Below are positions 63,027 through 64,000 of a stretch of DNA of 64,000 nt, one piece after another. A program made the position numbers and the translations under genes. The stretch is taken from the IMG/VR virus record IMGVR_UViG_3300033072_001141, positions 17,794 through 81,793 of that record. One strand, 5' to 3'. Within the stretch, counting starts at the first letter, position 1. Each line of letters opens with the position of its first letter. Below the pieces are notes generated by a model. The model ran no database searches, was not told the origin of the DNA, and saw only the letters and a program-made list of their open reading frames with translations. The stretch is from a virus (Duplodnaviria; Caudoviricetes).

Positions 63027-63551
63027 TCAGACCTTCGGCCTGGTGGTCAGGCGGATGGCCTCGTCGAGGTCCTCTCCGGCGTAGGCCACGGGGACTCCGA
63101 GCGCCGCCCACTGCTGGCGGATCCTCTCGCGCATGTCCGGATCGACGGGGAAGAGCCGACGCTTGGAGCCGACCTCGGCGGAGATGGCGTCCATCATGGC
63201 CGGCGTGTAGAAGCGGAACCCACGGCCATCGCGGTAGGGCGTGTCGGGGATCAGCTCCTTCTTCCGCCAGTGGTTGATGGCCTGGACGCTCCGCTGGAGT
63301 CGGATCGCCAACGCGCCCACCGAGCAGAGCTGGACCTCGGTGCCGTCCGCGCTCGTCTTGATGATGGGCTTCTGGTAGCGACGGGTCTTCACCCGCGACT
63401 CCCCACGTTGGTTCCTGCGGTACTCCCGCGAGGACTTGAGCACCTTCTCGCGGTACTCGGGGTCGGAGGCGTACCGATCCCTTCGCGCCTTGAGAATCGT
63501 GTCCTTGTTCTCCTGGTAGTATCCCTGGAAATAGCCTGGCCTGTTCGCCAC
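63027..63551 (-). CDS. MerR-like HTH DNA-binding protein
   Basis: 'SVGALAIRLQRSVQAINHWRKKELIPD...RGFRFYT'. Confidence 0.7.
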   Translation of the reverse strand: MANRPGYFQGYYQENKDTILKARRDRYASDPEYREKVLKSSREYRRNQRGESRVKTRRYQKPIIKTSADGTEVQLCSVGALAIRLQRSVQAINHWRKKELIPDTPYRDGRGFRFYTPAMMDAISAEVGSKRRLFPVDPDMRERIRQQWAALGVPVAYAGEDLDEAIRLTTRPKV

Positions 63552-63582
63552 TTTGTGTAACTCCTCCGCCTTCTAACCTTAG

Positions 63583-63610
63583 ATCTTACGAGGTGAGAAG
63601 GAATAGTCAA
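63583..63610 (-). promoter_or_regulatory. sigma70-like promoter TTGACT-16-TAAGAT
   Basis: Near-consensus hexamers in an AT-rich gap, followed by a GGAGG RBS. Confidence 0.55.
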
Positions 63611-63999
63611 GTCCTCACTTCGGCCACCTTCACGCCGTTTTCCCTGTAGAAGTCGAGGCGGTAGCGCTGCGACCTCTTGGCGATGGGGACCGTGACATCG
63701 ACGATGTCGAGCGCGATGGGCTTCGGCTTCCCGGTACATCCAGACGCTCTCCATGGGCAGAGGTGTTCGCACGTCGCCGGGTCGATCTCTCCGCCGTGCG
63801 CCTGGGGCACGCAGTTACGCCTGGCCCGCCCGAACGACTGCTCGATGTCGGACATCGGGGTCGCGAAGACCAGCGTGTCCACGGCCGGGATGTCCACGCC
63901 CTCGGAGCACATCTGGTAGGTGTTCCCGGTGATGAAGATTCCACCCGCCGCAGACCTTGCCACCCAGGTCCCGTTGCGGGTGCGCGGACACCAGACCTT
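63607..63999 (-). CDS. SF2 helicase C-terminus preceded by an intein C-terminus (partial)
   Basis: Frame open to the window edge; motif V 'TYQMCSEGVDIP', motif VI 'EQSFGRARR', 'DIVD'. Confidence 0.8.
   Translation of the reverse strand, partial: KVWCPRTRNGTWVARSAAGGIFITGNTYQMCSEGVDIPAVDTLVFATPMSDIEQSFGRARRNCVPQAHGGEIDPATCEHLCPWRASGCTGKPKPIALDIVDVTVPIAKRSQRYRLDFYRENGVKVAEVRT
63922..63999 (-). mobile_element. Intein C-terminal splicing blocks F/G
   Basis: KVWCPRTRNGTWVARSAAGGIFITGN followed by Thr(+1) at helicase motif V. Confidence 0.8.
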
Positions 64000-64000
64000 G

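Noticed and set aside
152-63560. Many long plus-strand and alternative-frame ORFs (e.g. 3331-5598, 37682-40144, 46087-48339)
   Set aside because: They are shadows of recognisable minus-strand genes in GC-rich DNA, with Arg/Gly/Pro-biased translations and no motifs
1-64000. tRNA/rRNA genes, integrase/att sites, lysis genes
   Set aside because: No intergenic gap large enough or with cloverleaf signatures, and no recombinase, holin or endolysin motifs recognised; a tRNAscan/HMM run would be decisive

Overview
64 kb of a high-GC, large tailed-phage (myovirus-type) genome; all credible genes are on the minus strand with almost no intergenic space. In transcription order (right to left): (i) a recombination block (SF2 helicase C-terminus carrying the end of an intein, MerR-like HTH, RecA with a large Cys-containing insertion, Hjc-like and RuvC-like resolvases, Cas4-like nuclease); (ii) a T4-type packaging/head module (candidate TerS, TerL, gp20-like portal, core proteins, gp21-like protease fused to a scaffold, gp23-like major capsid, gp13/14/15-like neck); (iii) a contractile tail module (sheath, two tube paralogues, tail chaperone with a -1 slippery site, tape measure, LysM/gp53-like, hub, gp5/V spike, gp25, baseplate J, gpI-like, fibres, tube initiator). 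Nine free-standing homing endonuclease genes (6 HNH/His-Me, 3 LAGLIDADG) sit among the structural genes. The main unexplained signal: in at least five cases the first codons of the structural gene downstream of the endonuclease are duplicated, with mostly synonymous recoding, at the front of the endonuclease cassette (MPLDKS, MTIR, MAG(G)VGxGM, MARxRLLDM, MVERL). This suggests elements that capture a host gene's translation start and supply a recoded replacement 5' end plus RBS. No integrase, CRISPR array, tRNA or rRNA was seen, so phage versus prophage and the host cannot be determined here. All product calls come from motif recognition by eye; no database search was run.
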